Counted from the first letter of the stretch, positions 40,170-49,624 are shown. The stretch: DNA of 64,000 nucleotides from Candidatus Omnitrophota bacterium (GCA_023143685.1 JAGLHE010000055.1:14984-78983); one strand, 5' to 3'. The notes: generated from the letters alone by a model not told the origin. Made by a program: numbers and translations.

Positions 40170-40957
40170 CAAAAAAAATCAGTAAATTTACTAAATTTAT
40201 TCTAACGTTCTCCCTTTTCTTCTCTCTGTTAGTTTCTTCTACTCTGGCTCAAGAGGTGAAAATTCCCACTCGAGGGCAAGGTTATGTCAGCGACTTTGCA
40301 GGCCTGCTAAAACCGGCAGACAAGATGGCCATCACAAAATTTGCCAGTGAATTAGAAAAAAAGACTACAGCCCAGCTAGCCGTCGTTACGATTCAATCGA
40401 CTCAACCGGAAACAATACAAGGCTTTTCCGTTAGACTTTTCGATCAATGGAAGATAGGACAAAAGGGCAAGGACAACGGTGCTTTGATACTCGTTGCTGT
40501 TAATGATCGCAAGGCATGGATTACAACCGGTTATGGTTTAGAGGGGGCCATCCCTGATGTGATTGCAACTAAAGTGGTTCAGAAAAAAATGATCCCTTAC
40601 TTTAAAGGCGGACAGTATTCCCAAGGCATCAAAGAAGGCTCTATTTTTGTTATCAGCCTTATCGCAAAGGAATATGATGTCTCCATAACAGGCCAAGAGG
40701 CGCAAGTTTACCAAACGGTTCATCGAAAAAGCAGCCCATTGCAAATGCTTTTTACGATTCTTATGTTTATATTTATCATAAGTTCCCGTTCGGGTTTTCT
40801 GGGATATTTTTTGATGGGTTCTCTGCTCGGAGGCAGAAGACGGGGTGGGTATTGGCACGGAACAGGATTTGGTGGAGCCAGCGGAGGATTTTCAGGAGGT
40901 TTTGGCGGCTTTGGCGGCGGGATGACAGGCGGTGGTGGTGGCGGCGGGGGATGGTAA
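40166..40957 (+). CDS. TPM-domain (YgcG-like) protein
   Basis: WKIGQKGKDNG, GYGLEG, Gly-rich tail ending in W. Confidence 0.9.
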   Translation: MTKKISKFTKFILTFSLFFSLLVSSTLAQEVKIPTRGQGYVSDFAGLLKPADKMAITKFASELEKKTTAQLAVVTIQSTQPETIQGFSVRLFDQWKIGQKGKDNGALILVAVNDRKAWITTGYGLEGAIPDVIATKVVQKKMIPYFKGGQYSQGIKEGSIFVISLIAKEYDVSITGQEAQVYQTVHRKSSPLQMLFTILMFIFIISSRSGFLGYFLMGSLLGGRRRGGYWHGTGFGGASGGFSGGFGGFGGGMTGGGGGGGGW

Positions 40958-40958
40958 C

Positions 40959-40982
40959 GGTTCAGGCAGGCCTAAACCCTAC
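40959..40982 (-). repeat. GTAG-type REP-like hairpin
   Basis: GTAG-GGTTTAGGC-CT-GCCTGAACC. Confidence 0.45.
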
Positions 40983-41016
40983 AGGATAAAAATATTCCAA
41001 AAACGGAGGTTAAAAA

Positions 41017-41583
41017 ATGAAAAAAATCTGGATTACCCTGGGTGTTGTTGTACTAGTTTTATTCATGACTTTTGGTTGGTATAAAGGGGGTTATAATCAA
41101 GCCATTGCTAAAGATGAGGAGGTTAAATCCGCATGGGCGCAAGTCGACAATCAACTGCAAAGAAGAAATGATCTTATCCCTAATCTTATCAGTACGGTCA
41201 AAGGGTTTGCCTCTCATGAAAAAGAAATCTTTACGGAAGTTACACGACTTAGAAGCCAATGGGGAAAATCTGCCTCTGTCGGACAAAAGGTTGAAAATGC
41301 CAACGCTATGGGTGGGGCCCTTTCGCGTCTTTTATTAGTCGCGGAGAATTACCCTCAACTCAAATCAAATGAAAATTTCTTAGCCTTACAGGCCCAACTG
41401 GAAGGCACAGAAAACAGAATAGCTGTCGAACGCATGCGATACAATCGTTCTGTTAAAGATTTCAACCGATTTCAGCGTTTATTTTTTGGACGATTTTTTG
41501 CAAGCCAGGCAGGGGTGACAGAACCGGCTGTGTATTTTGAAGCGGTTGAATCAGCATCCGAAGTGCCGGAAGTAAAATTTTAA
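41017..41583 (+). CDS. lemA: LemA family protein
   Basis: LQRRNDLIPNL, ENYPQLKSN, TENRI. Confidence 0.94.
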   Translation: MKKIWITLGVVVLVLFMTFGWYKGGYNQAIAKDEEVKSAWAQVDNQLQRRNDLIPNLISTVKGFASHEKEIFTEVTRLRSQWGKSASVGQKVENANAMGGALSRLLLVAENYPQLKSNENFLALQAQLEGTENRIAVERMRYNRSVKDFNRFQRLFFGRFFASQAGVTEPAVYFEAVESASEVPEVKF

Positions 41584-41677
41584 TCGCTGGTTTCATATTT
41601 TAATACGCTGCCAAACTTGAACGCGTGCATGTTCTTATCTTTTATGATGGCAGCTCTGATTTCCCTTTGATGTTTTC

Positions 41678-43258
41678 CTAACTCTTCATCCACGCAACGA
41701 GTCCGCCAGCGGCAATGAATACAGGCATAAGGAAAAGAAGTGCTGCAATCTGGCGTCTTTGCTTGCTTGTTAAATCCAATCGCTCGACCTTGATTTCTTT
41801 TTGATCAAGAAAAACTTTGTAATCCAACTCCGATAGCCAATTAATAATGTTCAGCCCCATCTCGGCGTTACTATACTGATCGATATAAACATTCGTCAGG
41901 AAATCGGCATCCGTAAAAACAATAATACGCGTATCTGATTGATCACCTTCCTCCTTTTCTTCCCAAATAACAAACGATATCGGTACCGGCCCTGGGGTGT
42001 CCACTGTTTCATCAAAATGTATTTCTAAGGCCCTGTTGGTCTCAGCCCAACTATTTTCTTTTGTTGCTGTCAATACAATGGGCGCGAGCTTAATTGATGA
42101 TCGACGTTCATCTAAAACAGTCATAGAGCGGGGACGGACATAAAATGTATAATCCAATCCTTCTGTTATCGCTTTATGACGCATGTAGTTTCGGGTTGCG
42201 GGGCTTCCGACATCCGATCCGGCGTGACTGCTTAAATCTATAACCATATCGGATTCAACATTCACTCCCCATTGATTGAGAATACTGTTTAAAGAAGGAT
42301 TTTTGTGTTTCTCTTCATCCGTTAAAGGTTTATCGGGCGTGGTTACAATAACGTGTTCAATGAGAAATAACGCATCCCCTCCCTTTTTTAAATATCCTTC
42401 AATCGCTGCCTCTTCTTTTTTTGTTAAATCATTCCGCGGTCCCGCGATGATAAGGACATCACAATCCTCAGGGATGTTCTCTTCAACACCTAACATAAGA
42501 GTTTTACTTATAGTGTTATTCGACTCCAACAGCTTTGCGAAAAGACTAAACCCCTGATTTTCTTCACTCGCCAATGCAAATTCTCCGTGACCCGTGAGAA
42601 AATAAACATGCCGCTCTTCCCTTGTCACACGCACAATGGCATTTGTTAATTGTTCCTCAGATAATGCTGCTTGAGTAAAATCAATGTCTCTGCGTTCATC
42701 TCCAGCACAGACAACAACCTTTCTTTCTTGACTGTTGATAACACTGCCGAATTGAGCCGCGTAGCCAATCTGCTCGATCGGATCGATGATTTCAGTTTTA
42801 ATATTTCCACCAGAAATTCTCTCGTATTCTTTAAACAGATCTTCCAAATATTTTGGCGGCAAACCAACATAAAGAGCCGTTAATTGAACAGGGGGGGTTA
42901 ACCCGGCAACGAACTCGGCAGTACTTGCTGTTAATGTATGCTGTTTAGCCCGCGTTACATCCCATCGCCATGGAAGAGAATACGCCAAATAATTTATTCC
43001 TGCGGAAAAGACGACAGAAAGAAAGACCACCGTCAAGATAACACCCGCCTTCTTCCACTGAGATAATTTGAAATGCCTTTGAGAAAATTTACCTTTATGG
43101 ATAAAGCATATTAATAAAGAAACAAGCCCCAATAAAGAAAGCGAAATCGTTAAAACACTAAAACGCTGTTCTACATAAAAAGAAACGATTCCCCACGTAA
43201 GACAGACCATTCCTAATCCGAACAGAATAGAGTAATTTTTATTATTTTTATGATTCAT
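41678..43258 (-). CDS. GldG-like ABC auxiliary protein
   Basis: RWDVT, YFLTGHGE, LIIAGP. Confidence 0.85.
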   Translation of the reverse strand: MNHKNNKNYSILFGLGMVCLTWGIVSFYVEQRFSVLTISLSLLGLVSLLICFIHKGKFSQRHFKLSQWKKAGVILTVVFLSVVFSAGINYLAYSLPWRWDVTRAKQHTLTASTAEFVAGLTPPVQLTALYVGLPPKYLEDLFKEYERISGGNIKTEIIDPIEQIGYAAQFGSVINSQERKVVVCAGDERRDIDFTQAALSEEQLTNAIVRVTREERHVYFLTGHGEFALASEENQGFSLFAKLLESNNTISKTLMLGVEENIPEDCDVLIIAGPRNDLTKKEEAAIEGYLKKGGDALFLIEHVIVTTPDKPLTDEEKHKNPSLNSILNQWGVNVESDMVIDLSSHAGSDVGSPATRNYMRHKAITEGLDYTFYVRPRSMTVLDERRSSIKLAPIVLTATKENSWAETNRALEIHFDETVDTPGPVPISFVIWEEKEEGDQSDTRIIVFTDADFLTNVYIDQYSNAEMGLNIINWLSELDYKVFLDQKEIKVERLDLTSKQRRQIAALLFLMPVFIAAGGLVAWMKS

Positions 43259-43969
43259 TTATCGCCACAATCGATTTTCAATACTCAAACGGGTTAATAC
43301 AATACAAATTAAGATTCCATTTAAATAATACACAACGTCCCCAACCGTAATAATACCAACCGCAAAATTCTCCAAATGACTCCAAGTGCTAAGTTGTCGA
43401 ATAACAATTTCAGCCGGACCTCTGAAATATGCTGTGAAACTGATCGAGAAATATATAAGAAACAAAATGACATAAGAAGTCATCGCCGAAACAATTTGAT
43501 TACGTGTCCAAGACGATGTCATCATACCAATACTAAGAAAAAAAGCCCCTTCCAACCAAATCCCTAGATAACCTGTTAACGTTGTCATCCGGTCGGGGTT
43601 CCCGAAATATTCAACAATTCCATAATAAACAAAGGTCATGCTGATCATAATTGAAAAGAAAATCAAAGCCCCTAAATATTTCCCCAAGACAACAGCTGTA
43701 TTGGTCAACGGTGCTGTCATAAGAAACTCAATCGTTCCCGTTGATTTCTCCTCTGAAAATATCCTCATAGTTAAGAGCGGCACTAAAAAGACAAACATAA
43801 ATTCCATCACCTGAAAAACATCCTTTAGGGATACCTCTCGATTTTGGTCAATAATCATAAAAAAGAAGATGTTAAATATTGTAATCGTAAGGATGAGAAT
43901 AATATACGCGATCGGCGACTTAAAATAGGTGAGTAATTCTTTTTTTGCGATGGCGAAAACTTTATTCAT
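43259..43969 (-). CDS. ABC-2 permease (GldF-like)
   Basis: KKELLTYFKSPIAY, EEKSTGTIEFLMTAP, GKYLG. Confidence 0.9.
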   Translation of the reverse strand: MNKVFAIAKKELLTYFKSPIAYIILILTITIFNIFFFMIIDQNREVSLKDVFQVMEFMFVFLVPLLTMRIFSEEKSTGTIEFLMTAPLTNTAVVLGKYLGALIFFSIMISMTFVYYGIVEYFGNPDRMTTLTGYLGIWLEGAFFLSIGMMTSSWTRNQIVSAMTSYVILFLIYFSISFTAYFRGPAEIVIRQLSTWSHLENFAVGIITVGDVVYYLNGILICIVLTRLSIENRLWR

Positions 43970-44708
43970 AATTCTCATTACTTTCGCTGTGCAGCTTAAT
44001 AAAAACTTCTTCAAGTGTCGGCTGAGTGCCTTGAGCATCATCCGGAGTTTTTAAAAGTATCTCTAATGATTCATCAACAATAATCCGGCCTGACTTAATA
44101 ATGAGCACTCTATGAGCAATTTGTTCAATCTCTGAGAGAATATGCGTGCTTAAAATTACAGTTCTCTTTTCTTCTATGTCTTTAATCAGATTGCGTATTT
44201 GTAAATTTTGCACCGGGTCGAGTCCGCTGGTTGGTTCATCTAAGATAAGCAATTTGGGTTCGTGGATAATGGCCTGTGCTATTCCTACACGCTGTTTGTA
44301 TCCTTTTGACAGCGTTTCTATAGTGTTATGCTTGACATTCTGTATATGACATTCTTCTAAGACTCTATCAATTTGGCAGCGTTGTTGTTTGAGGGGAACA
44401 TCTTTGATTTCCGCGGCAAACTTGAGATAATCTTTCACTGTCATATTTTCATAAAGCGGCGGGGTTTCCGGCAGGTATCCTATTTTTTGCCGAATCGTTA
44501 AAGAATTCCTGGCAATATCATCACCATCAATCATAACAGTTCCGGATGATGCTGGAAGATAGGAAGTTAAAATACGCATCAACGTGGTTTTGCCCGCGCC
44601 ATTTTGACCCAGGAAGCCTACGATCTCACCTTTATTAATTTCAAAGGAAACATCCTTCAAGGCCTGAAATGAACCGAAATATTTTGTAATATTTTTAGTT
44701 GTAATCAT
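43962..44708 (-). CDS. ABC ATPase (GldA-like)
   Basis: GQNGAGKTT, LSKGYKQR, ILDEPT. Confidence 0.93.
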   Translation of the reverse strand: MITTKNITKYFGSFQALKDVSFEINKGEIVGFLGQNGAGKTTLMRILTSYLPASSGTVMIDGDDIARNSLTIRQKIGYLPETPPLYENMTVKDYLKFAAEIKDVPLKQQRCQIDRVLEECHIQNVKHNTIETLSKGYKQRVGIAQAIIHEPKLLILDEPTSGLDPVQNLQIRNLIKDIEEKRTVILSTHILSEIEQIAHRVLIIKSGRIIVDESLEILLKTPDDAQGTQPTLEEVFIKLHSESNENYE

Positions 44709-44753
44709 AATGCTTTCTGAAATAGGGTACTGATTATTTGGCGCCTTTCCCCT

Positions 44754-45278
44754 TTAGGCTCCTCCTTCACTAACGAACGAAAATAAAAATGCTAAAAGGA
44801 CGACCTGAATGATCCAGCCGATGATGCACACGCCAACCGCCCGACCAGTGCTTTTATAGTCAAGCGCCTGTCGCACTGCAATAACCATAGCGACCAGCAT
44901 CCAAATTCCAGCCACAGTGAAGACCAATTTAGTGAGCACCGGGATTATTCCTAAAACCCGTATCAGACCCGGTGCACTGGAAAAGCCGATCGTTCTTAAC
45001 AGTTCCCCATGATCGGCCTTTGTTTGCGCTTCGGGAAGGAATTTAGTGCCGATAAAATACGTGAGATACGCCCAGACATACCATCCCACTAACGCCACGA
45101 TTGTTCCCCAAAACAAATTTCTGCCTCCCATGGATATACTGCCGATGCCGGCAGCAAGGGAAGACAAAACCACCACGCCCATCGCCTGGCCTATGGACGT
45201 CTTATCAGCTTCCACCTCTTCATAAAGGTTCACATCTAACTTAGCTGCGCGAATCATGCGTTCAGTGAATTTCGACAC
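44754..45278 (-). CDS. YIP1-family membrane protein
   Basis: YEEVEAD, LLRTIGFSSAPG, AVRQALD. Confidence 0.75.
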   Translation of the reverse strand: MSKFTERMIRAAKLDVNLYEEVEADKTSIGQAMGVVVLSSLAAGIGSISMGGRNLFWGTIVALVGWYVWAYLTYFIGTKFLPEAQTKADHGELLRTIGFSSAPGLIRVLGIIPVLTKLVFTVAGIWMLVAMVIAVRQALDYKSTGRAVGVCIIGWIIQVVLLAFLFSFVSEGGA

Positions 45279-45485
45279 AGGCGCCTCCTTTTTAAATTAT
45301 CCAACCCCATCCACCTCCGTGGGGAGAAGGAAACATTCGGGGACATAATACTCATTTTTAGGCTTTCCATTAAATATTACGCCACCGGAATTATAAATGG
45401 ATTTATAACATTTTAGCACAAAAAAATGGACAAAATATCCCCTGTTGAATGCTTTCTGCTGCAGAATTTTTTCTGTTTTCTTATC

Positions 45486-45569
45486 CTATTGTTTTTTTGA
45501 CTTTTGTTCCTGTTTTGATTGCTTATGTTTACTACTCTTAGCCTTATCCTTCTTGCCTTTGTCTCCCAT
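45486..45569 (-). CDS. 27-aa Lys-rich small protein (absent from the ORF track)
   Basis: GGAGG RBS; MGDKGKKDKAKSSKHKQSKQEQKSKKQ*. Confidence 0.6.
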   Translation of the reverse strand: MGDKGKKDKAKSSKHKQSKQEQKSKKQ

Positions 45570-45731
45570 TGCATACCTCCTCTCTTAACGAAGTTCTTTT
45601 TTTTAGAAGCTGTCTTTTCTGGGGCACATATACCAATATAATTTTACTCCAATAAAAAACCCTTCGCAACTAATTAAGCTACTAAGGACAAAATTAAATT
45701 TTTTATTTTCGTCTCGTTTGGGGTATCCCAA

Positions 45732-45796
45732 CAAATCATTGACTCACAACGGGTTAGAAGGTGGGGTGGCTGGCTGAAGCAAGTTAGAACCTGTTT
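45732..45796 (+). repeat. att-like direct repeat A
   Basis: ..CATTGACTC..TGGGGTGGCTGGCTGAAGCAAGTTAGAACCTGTTT; matches 46907-46971 and 47874-47908. Confidence 0.85.
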
Positions 45797-46806
45797 CATG
45801 CTAAACTGTACTTAACCGCCCGCGTTGTCCCCTCCTTAACTACGATACCACACTTAACTAACGGCGCAATAAGCTGATTCACCCTTGCCCTGTTTATTTG
45901 CATATATTCACAAATTTGGGCAGAACCCATAATGCCATGCCCGGAAAGAAGATTTAACAATTCTTCTTGCTTTGGTGTTAACCGCATTTTCTTTGCTGCT
46001 TTAGTGCGCTTAACCATTTTTAACCGACGAGATACTTCGTGAACAGAATCCAACAACCCCTCAGCCACATAATCAATCCAATAAGTATAATCCCCGTCCA
46101 TATCACGGGTCTGCTGAATCATATCATAATAGCGCCCTCGATCCGCTGCAAAAAAATCATCAAGGCCAAGGGTATACAACGGATCATATCCTTTTTCAAA
46201 AAGCAACCACTGAGACGCCACCCTGGCGACGCGCCCGTTTCCATCAACAAATGGATGAATGGTTACAAACTCATGGTGAAAAATAGCATTTATAACAATA
46301 GGATGATTTTCTTGAGATTTTTTAACCCAATTAAGAAGGCTAGACATGCGTTGCGCAACTTTTCCAGGAGCAGGCGGTGTACAGACAACGACATTTCTTG
46401 AATTAACAACATAATTCTGCACATGCCTGTATTTTCCACACTTGCTTTCTGCCAACATCCCATTAGTCATCATTTCATGGAGCCTTAACAATCTCTTCTC
46501 AGTTAAATTCTTGTCTCTATTTTGAAGAATCCACTTGACGGCTTTAATACAATTATTAACCTCTCGCTTTTGGTCTTCCTCTGCGATCACATTCTTATTA
46601 GCTGCCAACGCAACAACTTGATCAAAAGATAGCCTGTTACCTTCAATCCAGGTAGACGAGTGAACACTACGATTAATAAATTCTCTCTCTAGTCTAACCT
46701 GTAAAGGTAGAGTAATATCAGCGCGTTTGATAAAGGAAACCTGGGAAGCGATTTTCTCGCAACACTTCACAAAGCAATTTGACATTCGATATTGAGGATT
46801 AAGCAT
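45796..46806 (-). CDS. Fic-domain protein (class II) with C-terminal wHTH
   Basis: HPFVDGNGRVAR; inhibitory SSTWIEGN; start placed at MLNPQY. Confidence 0.92.
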   Translation of the reverse strand: MLNPQYRMSNCFVKCCEKIASQVSFIKRADITLPLQVRLEREFINRSVHSSTWIEGNRLSFDQVVALAANKNVIAEEDQKREVNNCIKAVKWILQNRDKNLTEKRLLRLHEMMTNGMLAESKCGKYRHVQNYVVNSRNVVVCTPPAPGKVAQRMSSLLNWVKKSQENHPIVINAIFHHEFVTIHPFVDGNGRVARVASQWLLFEKGYDPLYTLGLDDFFAADRGRYYDMIQQTRDMDGDYTYWIDYVAEGLLDSVHEVSRRLKMVKRTKAAKKMRLTPKQEELLNLLSGHGIMGSAQICEYMQINRARVNQLIAPLVKCGIVVKEGTTRAVKYSLA

Positions 46807-46899
46807 AATGAAAGCATAACATATTGTATAGCTTTTGTATAGGATATTGTATAGGACGACTATCCAGGAGGCCGATTCTTCGTCTAATACCAAAAAAAA

Positions 46900-46971
46900 C
46901 CCGCCACAAGTCATTGACTCGCAACGGGGTAAGAGGTGGGGTCGGTGGCTGAAGCAGGTTAGAACCTGTTT
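46900..46971 (+). repeat. att-like direct repeat B
   Basis: About 65 bp similar to repeat A. Confidence 0.85.
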
Positions 46972-46990
46972 AACAATCTAAACCATTACT

Positions 46991-47623
46991 CTACCAGCTA
47001 TCTGGCTTATAAATTTCGTCATCCCCTACTTTGAACGGACTAGAAAGCAAATTATTGATATATTGTTTTTTGCCAATAGAGAAAGATTTTGGAGCAATTC
47101 TTGCCAATTCACTATTCTTTCTATTAAAAGGAAATGCAAAAAGAAAAGTTTTATCCTCAAAAATCCTTTCACACACTTCTACAGCAGGAAAAAGATCTGT
47201 GTCCCCAGAGACAACAACAATCTGATCACAATCATCGCAATGACAAAGTTCAAACATTTTAAGTGCAATGGAAACATCCGTTTCCTTTTCCTCATGTTTA
47301 AGAATGTTACTTTTACACCGATGACAATATACGTCTTTCTCCTTAAAACGCCCCCTTACGACCTTTATATTTAAACTTTCTAAACACTTAATGTAGGTTA
47401 AATGCCTTTCAATTTTTTCAGGATACCTAGACTCTAAGTAAAACGGTATGGCTGTAAAATAGTAAATATCTTGCAAAACTGCATCACGTCCAAATAAAGA
47501 CAGATAAGATTCACAAAGAGAACGTACGTTAAGCCATTTCGCCTTATACCGAGTTTTTTGCTCTAAACTTCGAATCGAGTGATATAAATTAAATCCATCA
47601 ATCAAAAAACAAACCCTCATCAT
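46991..47623 (-). CDS. NYN (LabA/DUF88) domain ribonuclease
   Basis: LIDGFNLYH, EEKETDVSIA, SGDTDL; CxxC insert; AGGGGG RBS. Confidence 0.9.
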   Translation of the reverse strand: MMRVCFLIDGFNLYHSIRSLEQKTRYKAKWLNVRSLCESYLSLFGRDAVLQDIYYFTAIPFYLESRYPEKIERHLTYIKCLESLNIKVVRGRFKEKDVYCHRCKSNILKHEEKETDVSIALKMFELCHCDDCDQIVVVSGDTDLFPAVEVCERIFEDKTFLFAFPFNRKNSELARIAPKSFSIGKKQYINNLLSSPFKVGDDEIYKPDSW

Positions 47624-47634
47624 AGTCCCCCTAC

Positions 47635-47735
47635 AAAAGAAAACCTCCGGATCGTAACCCGGAGGTGGCCAGTGGTCTCCCACTGGGGATGAAATTTGTA
47701 TATATATTTAAATATCTCTTTATCCATTTAAAGTG
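47635..47735 (-). ncRNA. Candidate ~100-nt leader/small RNA with two hairpins and terminator upstream of NYN gene
   Basis: CCAGUGG-GAGA-CCACUGG, then ACCUCCGG/CCGGAGGU plus U-tract. Confidence 0.5.
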
Positions 47736-47741
47736 TACACC

Positions 47742-47770
47742 ATTTTATTCATCTGTACCACAAAATGCAA
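47742..47770 (-). promoter_or_regulatory. Sigma70-like promoter
   Basis: TTGCAT-17 nt-TAAAAT. Confidence 0.55.
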
Positions 47771-47837
47771 GACTTTTTTCAAAGCACTAAAAGTTGCCAA
47801 AAATCCTTTCGGAAAGCTATCAAAATCTTACCAAGCA

Positions 47838-47908
47838 CCCGCCAAAACCATGTCTTTAAATATCCGTTTGAACCGGAGTGGCTGGCTGAAGCAGGTTAGA
47901 ACCTGTTT
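47838..47908 (+). repeat. att-like direct repeat C (left arm degenerate)
   Basis: GGAGTGGCTGGCTGAAGCAGGTTAGAACCTGTTT. Confidence 0.8.
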
Positions 47909-47961
47909 AATACTTAATTAAATATTGTGTCCCCTTATTTTTTTACAAACAAACTTAATTT

Positions 47962-48560
47962 TCAAACATATTGCTTAATTAACGCTGTTAACCTATTAGC
48001 ATTCACAGGTTTTGTGATATACCCGTTCATTCCGGCATCTATACATTTACCCTCCACCCAATCCACCACATGAGCGGTTAAAGCGAGTATGGGAACATTT
48101 TTATCGATATCTCTTCTGATTATCTCTGCCGCTTCATACCCATCTATCCGGGGCATCTTTAAGTCCATAAGCACCAGGTCATATTTCTTTCTTTTCATCT
48201 CCTTAATAACCTCTTCGCCATTACACACAAACCGGATATGACATTCAGCATCAGCGAACAATTCCATCATCAATTTCCTGCTATCTTCATCATCTTCGGC
48301 TACCAGGATATTAACCCCGGCAAGGGCCACTTCCCCGTCAGGCCGCTCCAATAAAACTTCTTTGACTTCCTCTGCCGGAGCCCCCAACTCTTTCATTTTT
48401 AAACAAAATGAAAACTTGCTGCCCTTGCCCATCTGAGACTTCACGGCCATCTCTGAACCCATCTCTTTTACAAGCGTCCGCACGATATGCAGGCCCATCC
48501 CAACACCTTCTCTATCCATGCCTTTTTCTGCTTTATAAAATCGGACATAAGGTTCAAAAA
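47962..48560 (-). pseudogene. 5'-truncated hybrid kinase (partial HATPase + REC)
   Basis: GVGMGLHIV G2 box and intact receiver domain; no upstream kinase. Confidence 0.7.
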
Positions 48561-48907
48561 TATGAATTCTCTAACGTAATCCTAATATGATTCATACCCA
48601 ATGAATGCTGTACTTTTACTAACAAACTCTTTCCTCTAACCTTAAAATTCGGGATATCATCATAATAAGGTTTCAACATTTCAAATATCTTCTTATCCTC
48701 AATAAACCAAACCCCATATTTATAAACACCATAAGGCTGATGCGTAATCCCTAAATCATTCATAGTTACTCTTACTGAATGCTCACTCTTCCATCTTCGA
48801 AAATACTCCATAACATCACTAACTCGCACAATACCCTGCTCTGCAACAAATCTTAATATCTGCATCTTAATTAATTGTCTCTTCATCCTGAAACCTCCAA
48901 TCTCCAA
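48554..48907 (-). pseudogene. Truncated replication-relaxation-like (wHTH-nuclease) protein
   Basis: N-terminal wHTH-like region and HSLGMNHIRITLE, then joins the kinase fragment. Confidence 0.5.
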
Positions 48908-48933
48908 AATAATTTTATTCTCTAACTTTATAT

Positions 48934-49074
48934 AATCTTCTCTTCAATGATACCTAAGGGTCGTTTAAGACCCCTATTTCTCAAATCAAAACGTTGGTTG
49001 AGAGAGAGGGGTCTTGAACAATCTGCGAACGCCAGTGACCAGATTCCCTTTGGTAGCATTGAAGTTAGAAGATT
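48934..49074 (+). other. Three-stem structured non-coding element
   Basis: Nested inverted repeats with plus-strand G-U pairs. Confidence 0.55.
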
Positions 49075-49264
49075 CATTTCCTTCATATGACTTTCACGAA
49101 TGAAACTTTAATGAAATTCTTGTGAGATTTCTAAAACTTCCAATCATCTAATAAAAAAGGACATACTCGTGGGTATCCCGCCACAATTATGCCCTCTTTA
49201 TACTGCTAAAATTTAGTTGATCAGACCAAATTTTCCTCAATAATCACAAAGATCAATTTATTTC

Positions 49265-49624
49265 CACTTCTACATATGTATGGTGAAAAGATTACCTTTT
49301 TAGCCAAAAATTATTAAGAAACCCAAAATTTCTTCCCCCTACTATATAATGGCGAGTAAAGTGCCTTTTTAGACAAAGTTTTTGAAAATAATTCAAAAAA
49401 ATCACTCCCCCTATATACTAATGTTGGAAAGAATGCGTTTTTAGACACAATTTCTGAAAATAATTTAAATTTTTCGCATTCATCTACAAAACTTGATTGA
49501 TAAGCAATAACCTTAAACCCATCTAGAATGGCATTTGCGAAACAATAAAAAACCGCACCCTCTATATACATATGTTAGAAGAAATGCGTTTTTTGCCAAA
49601 ATTTTTTAAAATAATTAAAAATTT
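49265..49624. repeat. Four imperfect ~60-65-bp direct repeats
   Basis: CCCC..CTATATA..GCGTTTTTAG(A/C)CAAA..AAAATAATT units at about 49265, 49335, 49407 and 49558. Confidence 0.65.

Noticed and set aside
40860-40957. GGC/GGT low-complexity repeat
   Set aside because: This is the normal Gly-rich tail of TPM proteins
47624-47683. N-terminal extension of the NYN ORF (MGDHWPPPG..)
   Set aside because: It overlaps the hairpins and terminator; a better RBS precedes the ATG at 47623
45732-47908. CRISPR array or classical integron
   Set aside because: Spacing is about 1 kb with whole genes between repeats; there are no cas genes, intI, or attC-type R''/R' palindromes
47733-47921. 62-aa plus-strand ORF
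   Set aside because: It spans the promoter and att-like repeat; at most a recombinase-tail relic
49314-49571. 85-aa ORF
   Set aside because: It coincides with the repeat tract and is likely spurious
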